Positions 12,679 to 25,093 of a DNA stretch of 64,000 bases are shown one piece after another; positions within the stretch are counted from its first letter, which is position 1, and every line of letters starts with the position of its first letter. Made by a program: the position numbers and the translations under genes. The stretch lies in the NCBI RefSeq assembly GCF_006345805.1, contig NC_042998.1, positions 192,386,001-192,450,000 on the forward strand, written 5' to 3'. The stretch comes from Octopus sinensis (Eukaryota). Below the pieces are notes generated by a model that was given only the letters and a program-made list of their open reading frames with translations, was not told the origin of the DNA and made no database searches.

Positions 12679-13866
12679 GTGAGCTTGTATGCAAAAAAGC
12701 ATCATGAACACAAAGGAAAGTTGTTGAACGCATTTGAAATATGTGAGATCAACCGGGTGAGAAATGATTTTGATGATACACATAATTTCGAAAAAGCGTG
12801 TATTTCGCAGGAGTTGAAGGATATTTTCGTAAATGCGAAATTTATGAAGTGGCTGAAATAATGTCGGTCTGATGTATTTGTTACCGTGTATGTCTTTCCA
12901 AGCCAGCAAAACTAAAACTAAAAAGAGCAAGACGTAAATGTCTAAAGTGAAACATTAATCAAAAAGAAAAATGAAAAGAAGAAAAATAAAAGGCAGAAGA
13001 GAGCCATGAAGTTTAAGTCAAGGCTATCTTTATTACCTTCACAGTAAGTTTTTTTTTCGGTAGTTGAACAGTGAAAATATGGAAGATAAAAGACGAAATA
13101 TGCGAACAGAGCTTGAATGCGTGAATGCTTGTGAGTATAATAATGATGCCAGTTGAGTTTTCTCCTAACTGATTTAATCAATTGATTTACTAAGTGATCA
13201 AAGAATTTGTCCAACAGCTATGTTTGATCAACAACTTACTTCAATTAGTTTATAATCGTATGCATATATTAGTTAGTTGTTGGGGGTATTTTTAAGACAC
13301 AACCCACGCATAAAGATATTAAGCGTCCATCTTCTTTAAAGCCACCACAAATATAAATCTACTCCATCTTGTTGACAATACAATACAACTGCACTCGTCA
13401 GTAAAAATATTTTTTAAAACAAATTAACAGTGAATTGATTAATATATCATACTGTCTGAATTTAATTAAATAAATGTTCGAAAACTACAAAAGAAATCTT
13501 GATTACTTCACTGAAGTAGTAATCGTAGATTTTAAATCACTGAATATGCGTATTAAGAAGTTAGTAATATCTGTGCATTGTGGTTACAAATTTCATTTTC
13601 TTCATGGATGATGAGAAAATTTAATGCTCTCGAAATGTTAACCTAAGCTACCTAAATATTTGAAACACTGTCTTTCTTATAGAAATATGGAAAATACTTC
13701 TTTTTTTTTGTTTAAAAGTCCCTAATATGGAAAAGATTCAACCTCGTCAATATCATTGCATTCTAATTTAATGTTCTTCATCTGCACTGAAAATCTCGAG
13801 AAAGTGACTTATAAGGATGGGGCAAAATAAACATTATCACAAATGAACAAATTTTCGTTCTTTTAA

Positions 13867-16181
13867 CCCTTGGTCTACCAGAGAAACTGTATGCCACTAA
13901 TGGACCCAATATTTTTCTTTTAATTAAATTTTATTCAAACTACCACTATTTCTTAGCTACATTATATATCCTATCAGGTGAGTGAATGCAGACAACATTG
14001 GAATGTTCTTAGCAAACATGGATATTACAATTCTTACATGTAGTGCGAGATTTCCTGTCCTTTTTTTTTTTTGTGGTGTTCACTCAAAGAACTTACTTTT
14101 TTCTTTGGCTGAGGAATCTCAAATGAGGTTGAAGATCGTCTTCTTTTTTTGTTTGGTTGAGAAATGTTAGCGGAACTAGAAGATTGTTTGTCACGTTCTT
14201 GTTTAGCATATATCCAGCAAGTTCCTTTCCTAACTGAATTAGGCACTGTCTTCTTTTATCCTTGAAACTTTGAAAGCGAAGCTGTTTAGCAACAATGAAA
14301 GCATTCACTGCATTTTTATTAATCATGTTGTAGAATATAACCATAGGCCACCTTCGAGTCATCTACTCCACCTTTTGTTTTGTTGTAGCATGTAATAACT
14401 TCAGGTTTCTTTTCAGCACCTTTTGAATCAACTGAAGGCTGAGAGTACATTGTACTCATAAGTGTAACTACATAATTTTTCTTGAGATCATAAGATAGGA
14501 TCATAGAATCCTTTTGAAATCCAAATATTGTGCTGTTGACTTCTCTTTCTTTCCCATTTGTGAAAGCACTTAGAAGTTCTACTCTGTTCTTTCTAGTTGT
14601 TCCAACTAAAGTAGTTTTCTTGCTAAGCAACTTTCGAACCAATCCTAGACTTGTAAAATAATTATCCCAAGTTATATTGCGATCAGTATTTTCAAGTTCT
14701 TTTACTAGGTCTTCAACAACTCTTGCACTTTGATTTGTCTCTCTTCCTTTTACTGGGTCTTTTCCAGCATAGATTTGCATTTTTCAGGCATAAGATGTTT
14801 CCCTGTCGCATATTTCCCAAATTTTAATTCCATATTTTTCTGGTTTTGAAGGTTTTGTATCTGGAATGGGTAGCGCCCTCCGAATGAAACTAATTGTTCA
14901 TCAACTGTCATGCATGAACTTGGAACATATCCATCTTGCAAATTCTGATTTCACATTACAAATACTTCATTTATGGGCTCCAATTTATCATCACTTCTCT
15001 TTTTCCTTCTTGCACTAGCATCATCAAAACGCAAAACTTGTAAAATCTGTTGAAATATTCTCTGGCCCATAATTTTGTTAAATACTGGGCAACCATCTTC
15101 TTGGCTCCATAACTGTGTGATATTTTATGTTTCGATTCATAAACACCTATAAGAATAAAAAGTCCAATAAATTTCTTTAGTTCAGAGTGATCAATTTTCT
15201 TCCATTTATCTTTGTAAACAACCCCACCTTCAACGTTTGTCCACTTACGAATGACTTCAAGACGATTCTGTCGCATAAAGATAGTGAAGCATGTTTCAAT
15301 GCTATCGCAAGGCCTTTAAGCAAAAAATTTGGTGCACAAAATTGCAAGATGAAGTTCTTACTGCTGCTTGAGTAAAAGTATTAGAATGCCAAACCTCTTG
15401 TCTGTCTCTAGAAACATATTGCTCATTCATAATTGGGTGGCTTGCAGATAATTGTTTTTAAGTATCTTCATCATCTGATGACACAAAACCTAAGCTACCC
15501 AGCACCCAATCACTATCATCTTCTGAGCAATAGAAGGAATCACTACTATATTCTTCCCATTCTTCATCTAATTTCAATAACATTTTCGATATTTGGTCTT
15601 CCCTCAAGTTTTCAAGTCTAGGCATATTGGAAAGCACAACTGAACTATATGAAACTTGATAGCAGACTAAATGTAGATATTGCTCTCTCACATATTTATA
15701 CTCTACTGAAAGATGATGCAATATATTCTAAGAATTGCATCATCACATAGAAATATTGCATCACCCTATGACCTAGCAGATTGAAGGTGATGCAATACCA
15801 CACAAATTTACAGGAATATTTTCATAATTTTTCCAATTTTATCTAAAATTCAGCAAATAAATTGAAATCAATTTTATTTATTTTATATCTGATAAATGTC
15901 TAGGAAAATAATATTTGATACTGCTTTTATACTGTTTAGAATGACAAGAGTATTGTTTGAATTTAATTCGAGAGTCCAATGGACCTATACGGTAATTAAT
16001 GTATAAAGTGAAAATTTCTAGCTTTTATAAGCATACCGAAAATTTCCCATTTGACAAATAAAAAAGAGTTAAGAAAAAATACCCGTCAAAAGAAATCAGC
16101 AGAATCAAATAATATAAACAGTAGGAAAAAGCAACAGGAATAACTGAAATGGGTCCATTGGACCCATTAGTAGACAGAAGG
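13867..16181 (-). mobile_element. Full-length but defective piggyBac (PGBD4-like) transposon
   Basis: TTAA at 13863-66 and 16182-85. Ends CCCTTGGTCTAC and CCTTCTGTCTAC, each followed by an internal repeat TAATGG(AC/GT)CCAAT. Fragmented transposase with all three catalytic-D motifs (TVDEQL, NITWDNYFTS, YNKTKGGVD) and a C-terminal Cys-rich domain (DRKSRTTCKNCNIHVC). Confidence 0.9.
13975..15630 (-). pseudogene. piggyBac transposase, multiply frameshifted
   Basis: Six ORF fragments in different frames (15458-15721, 14971-15276, 14750-14941, 14319-14780, 14093-14362, 14034-14246) colinear with DDE_Tnp_1_7 architecture. Confidence 0.85.
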
Positions 16182-16862
16182 TTAAGGTAGATAGCTAAAA
16201 CTTTCTCAACTAGCATATAGGCACGTATCTTTTGCTATAGCTTCGGCACAAAATAATAAACACTATGATTAAAACTGGTACAAGAAACCTGTATAAACAC
16301 CCATCGTATAGGCTGTATCTGTACTGTAATTTGTAGAACCAGCTTCGTTAGGCTCGATGAAATTTGTCGGGAGATAACAGGAAACGGACAAATGTGTTCA
16401 ATTACTTCCACTACAATTCAATATGTAGAAAGTCGTGTTGAAGGAATAAAGAGAAGCTTCATAAATCGAAACCGTTATGAGCTGAACATTACTTTCTAGA
16501 TGATAACTGAAAAAGATCTATTAGTCTTGTTGTTTAGTCTCAGATTATCTTTATTAAGTAGCCTCACGATTAAAGGCATTCAAACGTGGCCGTCATGATA
16601 TTTTAAAGTACCAAGAAGTACGTGATCTAATATTTCCTTTGAAATTTTTTGCTAATGACAGGGTTTGATTTGAGAGCTATTTAGGCGCTATTTTTAACAG
16701 GCTGATCAACCAAGATCTATACTATTCTAATATAAACGCTTTTACTCGTTTTTCTATTTCTCCTTATAGGCGACTTTCAGTTGTTAAATCTGTTCGTCTG
16801 TGGATTGTTGCAAACATGCAGTCACGTGGTCAAATTCTATCCAGTGACAGCTTTTAATAATA

Positions 16863-17255
16863 CTAGCAGCATCGCCCGGCGTTGCTCGGCTTTGTTTCGA
16901 TCCTTTAGAATTGAAATTTTTGAAAAATAAAAGTTTTGCATTATGAAGCTTGTTATTCTCTTTAAGTGAACATTTTTCTGGTTGAAATACACCGAAAAAT
17001 TGCAACACAGCAGTCAAAAATTCGTAAAAAAATAAGGGATTTTCATAGAAAAAAAAGTACCTTTTTTATGTAAATAACTTTTGGTGTTAACATGGTCCGA
17101 TTTGAATTTTTTCGTCTACGGAAGGAAGAGCAAGCCTTCTTCTATCATACTCTCAATTTCGGTCAATTTGCGCCGCAGGGTCTCGGAGGAGATAGTGTTA
17201 GTTGAAGGCTACCAAACCTGCTATACACAGACAGCTTCAGCTTTATATATATAGA
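16863..17255 (-). mobile_element. Non-autonomous Helitron-like element
   Basis: On the minus strand it starts A|TC(tatatatataaag) and ends ...CCGAGCAACGCCGGGCGATGCTG-CTAG|T (subterminal GC hairpin plus CTAG). No TSD. Confidence 0.7.
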
Positions 17256-18222
17256 TTTATTATGTAATTTTTAAACTAGAACAAAAATATAGTTAAAGTT
17301 TTGCCTCCCAAGTTTCTTTTTTTTTATTTTTAATATAACTTAGACATTTCTCCCACAGTGACATGAAGAAATAAGATTCAACAGCCCACACTCAGATGAA
17401 AACTAAAACGAAGATTTGATATGTAATGGCTAAGGGGAAATTCGCATGAGTTAATGATTGAAATAATAATCATAATATATTACTACTTACTAAACAAGTA
17501 ATTTAATAACGGAGCCCAAATACAGACTCCTACCTAAATATGTTTACTCAGGAGGTTCTCATAATTCGTCTGCTGGCTTAGAGAAAAATCAAACTTCGCT
17601 TATAAAAGGTTAAAGGTATCCGTATCTTCTCGCATCGTTACACTTCATTATTTTCTAGGCATGAAGATGAACGCAATTATTCAAATGTTTACATCAAAAC
17701 CTAAACTGCATCACTGCATTTAGCTCTCCTAAAGAGTTAGTTGATCACTCCCCTAATTCAAAGCGATTTTGCTCCATATTCCATAACATGCTTAAATGTC
17801 TCGTGTTCAGCATCTTCCTTCTTTTTACCCTTTCTCTCCCCCTCCCCTCTCTCTCTCTCTCTCTTGTTCTTTTTCTCTCTCTCTCTCTCTCTCTCCCTCT
17901 CTCTCCTACTCTGGCATTTTCTCCTTCAACTACATACAATATCAACTTCAACTGCATATAATATTTACACTCACATATGTAGGCTCTGTTTAACTTTGCA
18001 TACGTGTGTGTATGTATGTAAACATGTATGTATGTGTGTATGTATGTATGCATGTATGTATGTATACATACACACAGGGAAAAGATAAATAAGAAAAAGA
18101 GATATAACCGTGTTCATAAATATGCATGTGATCCCGTGTGCATTTCAAGAGAAAGATACACTCAAACATACAGGTTTATGCATATAAGCACGCAGACACA
18201 CACACACACACATACGCACAGA

Positions 18223-18271
<49 letters not shown>

Positions 18272-18272
<1 letters not shown>

Positions 18273-18492
18273 AGGCGGCGAGCTGGCAGAAACATTAGCG
18301 CGCCAGGCGAAATGCTTAGCGGCATTTCGTCTGTCTCTGCGTTCTGAGTTCAAATTCTGCCGAGGTCGACTTTGCCTTTCATCCTTTCGGAGTCGATAAA
18401 TAAAGTACCAATTTCGCACCGGGGTCTATGTAATCGACTTAATCCCTTTGTCTGTCCTCGTTTGTCCCCTCTATGTTTAACCCCTTGTAAAG

Positions 18493-18496
<4 letters not shown>
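18272..18496 (+). mobile_element. SINE family A monomer within (TA)n
   Basis: Head and body; flanked by TA repeats. Confidence 0.88.
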
Positions 18497-18534
<38 letters not shown>

Positions 18535-18977
18535 TATATATATATGCGTGTGTGTGTCTGTGTCTGTGTGTTTGTGTTATACTTATAAGTGTATATATGT
18601 AAGTAGGCAAAGCATGGCCAAGTGTTTAAGAAATTTGCTTTGCAGTCATGGGATCTCGGTTCAGTCCCGATGCTTGTTATCTTGAATAAAGAATCTTTTT
18701 ACAAGCTTCAACGTTAATTCATATATTTTGAGCGCAACTCATTTCATAGAAACTGTATGAAAGCCCATCGATCGTTGGACCTGTGATTCACAAACTACAT
18801 CCTTGTCACGTTCTGTGTCACGCAGATTCTACCTTAGAATTACGTTATTGGTATATGTGTCTATGGAATGATCAGGCACATACACGTTGATTCAGTCGGA
18901 AATTAGTAAATCGTACAGTTGAATCCTTCTTATTACATGAAAGAGAGAGTCGCCACCACCATGGTTTAATCTTTAAT

Positions 18978-19345
18978 CTTTTACTTATTTCATTCATTGG
19001 ACAGTGACCATGCTAGAGCATTGTCTTTGATTGTTTACTCGAACAAACTGATCCCAGTACTTCTTATTCTTAAAATCTGGCACTTATTCCATTGGTATCT
19101 TTTGCAGAACTACTATGTGACGGGGACGTAAACAAACCGGCACCGATTGTCAAGCAGTGGTGGGAGACAAACACAAAGACACGCATATCACACACACACA
19201 CACACACATACACACACCACACCACACACACATACAATGGGCTTCTTTCAGTTTTCGTCTACCAAATCCACTTACAGGGCTTTGGTCGGCCTGAGGCTGG
19301 AGTGGAAGACACTTGCCCGAAGTGCCACACGATCGGACTAATGGG
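18978..19345 (-). mobile_element. SINE family B, diverged, head truncated at the (GAAT)n array
   Basis: Homology to 31533-31956. Confidence 0.7.
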
Positions 19346-19354
19346 GGAATACAT

Positions 19355-20117
19355 GAATGAATGAATGAATGAATGAATGAATGAATGAATGATGAATGAA
19401 TGAATGAATGAATGAATGAATGAATGAATGAATGAATGAATGATGAATGAATGAATGATGAATGAATGAATGAATGAATGAATGAATGAATGAATGAATG
19501 AATGAATGAATGAATGAATGAATGAATGAATGAATGAATGAATGAATGAATGAATGAATGAATGAATGAATGAATGAATGAATGAATGAAAGAATGAATG
19601 AATGAATGAATGAAAGAATGAATGAATGAATGAATGAATGAATGAATGAATGAATGAATGAATGAATGAATGAATGAATGAATGAATGAATGAATGAATG
19701 AATGAATGAATGAATGAATGAATGAATGAATGAATGAATGAATGATGAATGAATGAATGAATGAATGAATGAATGAATGATGAATGAATGAATGAATGAA
19801 TGAATGAATGAATGATGAATGAATGAATGAATGAATGAATGAATGAATGATGACTGAATGAATGAATGAACGAATGAATGAATGAATGAATGAACGAATG
19901 AATGAATGAATGAATGAATGAATGAATGAATGAATGAATGACGAATGAATGATAAATGAATGGATGAATGATGAATTAATGATGAATGATGAATGATGAC
20001 TGAATGAATGAATAAGTGAATGATGAATGAATAAATGAATAAATGAATGATGAATGAATGAATGAATGAACGAATGAATGAATGAACGAATGAATGAATG
20101 AATTAACGAATGAATGA
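19355..20117. repeat. (GAAT)n tetranucleotide array, ~760 bp
   Basis: Directly visible; nearly pure at the left end and degenerate towards 20117. Confidence 0.97.
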
Positions 20118-20476
20118 AGGGTGTCTCAGATACATCAAGTCCGCGTCACAGACTTCGGTCTCGTGTTGTCGCTGTTCACTCCGCCAAGGCCTTCCCATCC
20201 AGTCTTTCATGTCATCGATCTATCTTCGTTTATGGTGCCTACAATACCGTTTATCATCTACCCAATTCCAGAGGATGCAGGGTCTCTGAATCTCATTAAC
20301 GTGGCCAAAATAATACAGATTTTACCTTCTGAGCATCGTCACTAAGTTTCGTTTCATTTTGTTTCTTTTCCGGAACTCAAACGTTCGTTCTATGGGCCAT
20401 CCAACTAACCTACAGGGCTCATTTGTAACACATCATCTCGAACCTCTTCAGTCGTTTGGTGTCAGTCACATTTAAG

Positions 20477-20777
20477 TGGAGGCACATGGCCTAGTGGTTA
20501 GAGCAGCGGACTCGCGGTCGAGGGATCGTGGGTTCGAATCTCAGACCGGGCGATGTGTGTGTTTATGAGCGAAACACCTAAGCTCCACGCGGCTCCGGCA
20601 GAAGGTAATGGCGAACTTCTGCTGACTCTTTCGCCACAACTTTCTCTCACTCTTTCCTCCTGCATCTTGCAGCTCACCTGCGAGGGACGGGCGTCCCGTC
20701 CAGGTGGGGAAGCAATACGCCAAGGAAACCGGGAAACCGGCCCTTATGAGCCAGGCATGGCTGGAGAAGGAGAAGGA
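20477..20777 (+). mobile_element. tRNA-derived SINE inserted in the RTE relic
   Basis: A box TGGCCTAGTGG, B box GGTTCGAATC; 13-bp TSD AGTCACA(T/C)TTAAG at 20464-76 and 20778-90. Confidence 0.85.
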
Positions 20778-20970
20778 AGTCACACTTAAGATCCATGCTT
20801 CATATCTATAAATAGCTAATGATCATACCAGTGTTTTTGAAACTTACAGCTTCATGTATTTGCTGACGGTGCAGTGTCTCCACATTTTATTGCGTGACCT
20901 CTAGATTGATCTTCCTCCAACAGGGCTTGCTCCGTTTTTCTGGTCGCAGTTCACTTTTCTTGAACAATGG

Positions 20971-21081
20971 AGCTCAAGTAGTTGAACTTGTCACTCTAAA
21001 CTAGCTTAGCTCAAGTAGTTGAACTTGTCAATCTAAACTAGCTTAGCTCAAATAGTTGAACTTGTCAATCTAAACTAGCTT
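20971..21081. repeat. 37-bp tandem repeat x3
   Basis: AGCTCAAGTAGTTGAACTTGTCA(C/A)TCTAAACTAGCTT starting at 20971, 21008 and 21045. Confidence 0.95.
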
Positions 21082-23046
21082 GACTCTTTAGCATTGTATG
21101 GTAGGTTACACTAGTCCCTTGCTGTTTGCTATCATCTTGTGTTTGGATACTTCTATCTAGTTGAAATTCAGTGGACACTCAACTAACTTTATGAACCTTT
21201 CTCAGATTGTACCTGACTATGTTACCAGTGGCACTCGTAAGTGACCTGACACGCACACTCATAAACACAGGCAAGCACACACATTCATTCCACGCACTTA
21301 CATTACCACACACTTACACACGAGTATGTCAGTTCACACACCCATCTCCTCTTTCATCTCATAATGTTTCACTATTTCTATCTCTCTCCTGTAATTCGTT
21401 CGACTTTTCTACAATCAAAATTTGTTCTTTGCACAAATATCAATGTTTACTTTTAATTTTGTTTAAATCAACACCCTCCTCCATCCTCAAAGCATTTATT
21501 GACTGAAGTGAATAATTCTGTAATTGAATTCTGAAAGAATTTTACAGAAATTATTCGAAATTGCATAAAACAAAATGGGATATTATTATATTTGGTAAAA
21601 TGAATTATTATTTTAAGGTTTATACAAGGCACGAACATGAGTCATATCAGAGGTTAAATATCAGAAATTAGCCAACGGCCATGCTGAATGAGATTGAATT
21701 TAATAACCGTTATATGGCAGTGTGACGCGGTAAAATGATTTTTAACGAGATTGCAATGTATCTGTGCAAAATTAAAATTCTATTTTAGTAATAATTGAAA
21801 GATAGATTAATTATTAGAGGGTTGCATGAGAATAAACAGAAAAACTGACTGCAGAAAAAATCAACATTTTCTTTGAGTGATGTTTAGGCCACTTGTACTC
21901 TGTGCTTAGTCGAACAGCTAGTCATTTTATACTAACTTTAAAGCTAGAAAAATAATGGACTTTTAAATGAAAATGGATGACAGCATTTCCAGCAGAAGGG
22001 GAAATAAATTTCCCTCTGCATAGATAAAGTTCTTTTTTTTTCTAATTAACCAATTAAAGCACGAAAAAGTTAGGAAATTCTTAGTATGGATTTGGAACGT
22101 GAGATTTAATAAACGGTGAAAAGTCGAGTTGGATGTAGCAGGTGACTTAGGAAGAGCAGGGTTTGCATCGTGCTAGTTCAAGGGAGTAGAAACAGTAGTA
22201 GTAGTAGTAGTAGTGGTGGTGGTGGTGGTGGTAGTAGTAGTAGTGACCTCAAAAAAGGGGCAAGTGAATATTTGTCCATCTCCTTGATGATATTCTTTTG
22301 AAATTATTCTACGTTATTTGTGTGTTGTTGCAGTTTTACGAGAAGTAATCCAATGTGAATTTCGCAACTCATCAGAGCTGATTTTTGATTGGTTTTTTTT
22401 TTCTGTGTGATTTTGTGATGCCGTCTTCACTAACAATGTAGTGTATGTAACAGCGATACGGAAGATGAAATGATGCATTTGTATTAGATATGTGGCAAAC
22501 GCCTTGAAGACCAGCTTCTTTAACAACTCGACCAATTCACTGCCACCTAAATTTCTGAGCTGTAAGAGTTTTATTTCATTCTCCAGCAATATAAACTTGA
22601 GGTTTAAGCTGACAAAGGAAACAAAACCACTTTTTCAGAATCTCCAATATTGAATTGAGAAGCATATATACATGGTTAATATGGAAACTAATACAGATCC
22701 TAATTAATTGATTCGTGTATAACTTCCTCTATGTTGCTGCAGTTAACTCACTTTTGATACACTGTTTATACTATCTACTAAGCGTGGTAGTGTGTAATCC
22801 AATAAACGATCTAAATAATTGCCGACACGCTTCGTTTAATATTGAATCTAAGTTAGTGTGGCAAAAATAACTGGTTCAGCTTAGCGGCAATAGAAGGATT
22901 TTGTGGACCAAAGTCCATACATCTTATCTTCTTTCATCCACCACGTACCGATAATATAATAAATACTAGTAATGTATTGTTTCCTAATTCATTCACTAAT
23001 TATACTAACATTTCTACGAAATCTATTTATTGTTTAACCCTAGTTC

Positions 23047-23338
23047 GGATCTTTTCGGTTTGACCGGCAGTTTTTTAAAATGCTTTCCACGTAACTAAAC
23101 ACTTTTAAACTTCGTATACTGGTAGAATGTGTTAATAAAACATATTTTTCTCTTGGCTTTATTGAGAAAATTCTATAGTTTGTAAGATATTTGTTGTTTT
23201 TTTTCTTCAATTTCTGCAATTTCAACCAATCAATGACGTCTATTGAGGTAACAAAAAAAAACATTCTGTGCCGTATGAATATGTCCCTCGTTTAAGAAAC
23301 AGATTGGGTTTATTTACATTTCTGAAGAAAAAAAGTTC
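23047..23338 (-). mobile_element. Truncated copy of the MITE at 50956-51404
   Basis: One TIR (GGATCTTTTCGGTTTGACCGGCAG) and an interior that is the reverse complement of ~51115-51404. Confidence 0.85.
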
Positions 23339-23589
23339 ATATAATTTCAAACTAAAATAATTTCTGCGGCCAGTCGACCTAAAATGTAAAACTGCATAAT
23401 CATTTCAATAAACCTTTTGTCTATCTCGTGTATCACATGTGACACACATGATATATTTCCCTTGTGTTCATGCATCTTATATGATACACATTCCCAATTT
23501 TTTCAGCCACCAGAGTAACGTGGGACTTCTGAAGGCAAAGCTTTATATATCACTCGGAACGTATGATACAAAGGCTAGCTAAAAAAAAT

Positions 23590-24350
23590 AATTGAAAACA
23601 AGCGTGAATGTTTAGGAAAAACTTATGAAATACTTTGGACAGGCAAAGCCTTGATAGAAATAGTTCCAAAATTTATGAAGAATTCGTATGCTGAAGCACT
23701 TCCTTGAACTGTAGTTCAAGGAAGTACTTGAGCATACGCCCTTTGCATAGCCAACAAACCATACAGAATTACAATAGATCACCATAATTTCTTTCAACTC
23801 ACCATTGTTCAGTTCCTTTTGTTATGAAGTTAATAAATTATCTTGACACTTTATCACATTTTCCATCCTAAGAGAATGTGCACACATATTTTGCCGGTGA
23901 ATAAAACAATTAAATTATCATATCAAAATCCAGTTGATGTCCGTTCAGTTTTCTTTGTTAAAGCTAAAAGTCTTGAGATCTTATCATGAATGAAGTTCCG
24001 ATCCTAATTACGCCCACGGGTTTTCTGTCATTTTCGTTTTTTCTGTATGGTTAATCGAAATCATTATTTTTAATTACCTTTAATGACCTTCGGTAGTACC
24101 ATGCATTGATTTTAAAGTAAAAATTTTTTCCATATTGTAAAGTTCGCCTTTGTCCTACGACCAGTATGAGCAACTCTGTCCTATGTATGTTGTCTACTCT
24201 GTAACTACTGAATATGACACACATTTTATCAGTTTCCATATAATTTATTTTACCAGAAACTAATATTTTCAAGTATATGCTCTTTAACAACAAGATGTGT
24301 TTCACTTTCTTTCAAATTGTCGAACGCTCTTCGTAAAATACTTATGTTAT
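23590..24350 (-). pseudogene. hAT (SPIN/GTF2IRD2-like) transposase relic
   Basis: Fragmentary minus-strand peptides FIHRQNMCAHSLRMENV (CxxH region), TELLILVV and YGDLL/CNSVWF. Confidence 0.55.
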
Positions 24351-24673
24351 GAAAGTATTTTTTCTAAATATATCATTTTAAAATGAGATTGATATTGCCA
24401 CGGAGATTCTTGTCAGAGACATTCAACTTCTTGTATTTTTTTGTTCTTTGACAAATATCAGAGTGCCTCATAGTACTCCTTTTTTATAAGCAACTTAATC
24501 TTCACAAATAAGACATACATATACCTTCCATTTTCTTTCACTTAAAATAAAATTTATATCTAACGCTTGGGCATTTGTCATTTAACAATTGTTTTCCGTG
24601 GCAAAATACGTTACTTTAATGCAATCTAAATTTTTGCCGGGGGTGGTACATGACACCAGTTTGGGCATCATAT

Positions 24674-25093
24674 ACCTATTTCTTTACTACCCACAAGGGA
24701 ATAAACACAAAGAGGACAAACGAGGACAGACAAACGGATTAAGTCGATTATATCGACCCCAGTGCGTAGCTGGTACTTATTTAATCGACCCCGAAAGGAT
24801 GAAAGGCAAAGTCGACCTCGGCGGAATTTGAATTCAGAACGTAACGACAGACGAAATACCTATTTCTTTACTACCCACAAGGGGCTAAACACAGAGAGGA
24901 CAAACAAGGACATACAAACAGATTAAGTCGATTACATCGACCCCAGTGCGTAACTGGTACTTAATTTATCGACCCCGGAAGGATGAAAGGCAAAGTCGAC
25001 CTCGGCGGAATTTGAATTCAGAACGTAACGACAGACGAAATACCGCTAAGCATTTCGCCCGGCGCGCTAACGTGTCTGCCAGCTCGCTGCCTT
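24674..25093 (-). mobile_element. SINE family A dimer
   Basis: Two ~184-bp units plus head. Confidence 0.9.

Larger units (their letters stand above)
20118..21230 (-). mobile_element. Decayed RTE-clade LINE 3' portion, interrupted by a SINE
   Basis: Manual minus-strand translation gives DKFNYLSSIVQE, FKTLV..AIYRYEAWILSVT, LKRFEMMCY, LYYFGHV, IDDMKDW and RDRSL, with stops and frameshifts. Confidence 0.75.

Noticed and set aside
12280-12861. Short coding-looking frame (MVSLYAKKHHEHKGK...) split by a SINE
   Set aside because: Preceded by an in-frame stop after removing the SINE, no splice signals, no recognisable homology.
20477-20545. tRNA-like sequences (also 35123-35185, 59780-59840)
   Set aside because: SINE heads lacking a complete acceptor stem and followed by SINE bodies; not tRNA genes.
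22343-22380. Minus-strand CTGATGA-GTTGC-GAAA-TTCAcatTGGA-TT hammerhead-like string
   Set aside because: Stem II is 1 bp and stem I does not pair (AATCAGCT versus ACTTCTCG); consistent with a chance match.
22314-22589. 91-aa minus-strand ORF
   Set aside because: TTG start, no motif, no convincing splice sites; expected by chance.
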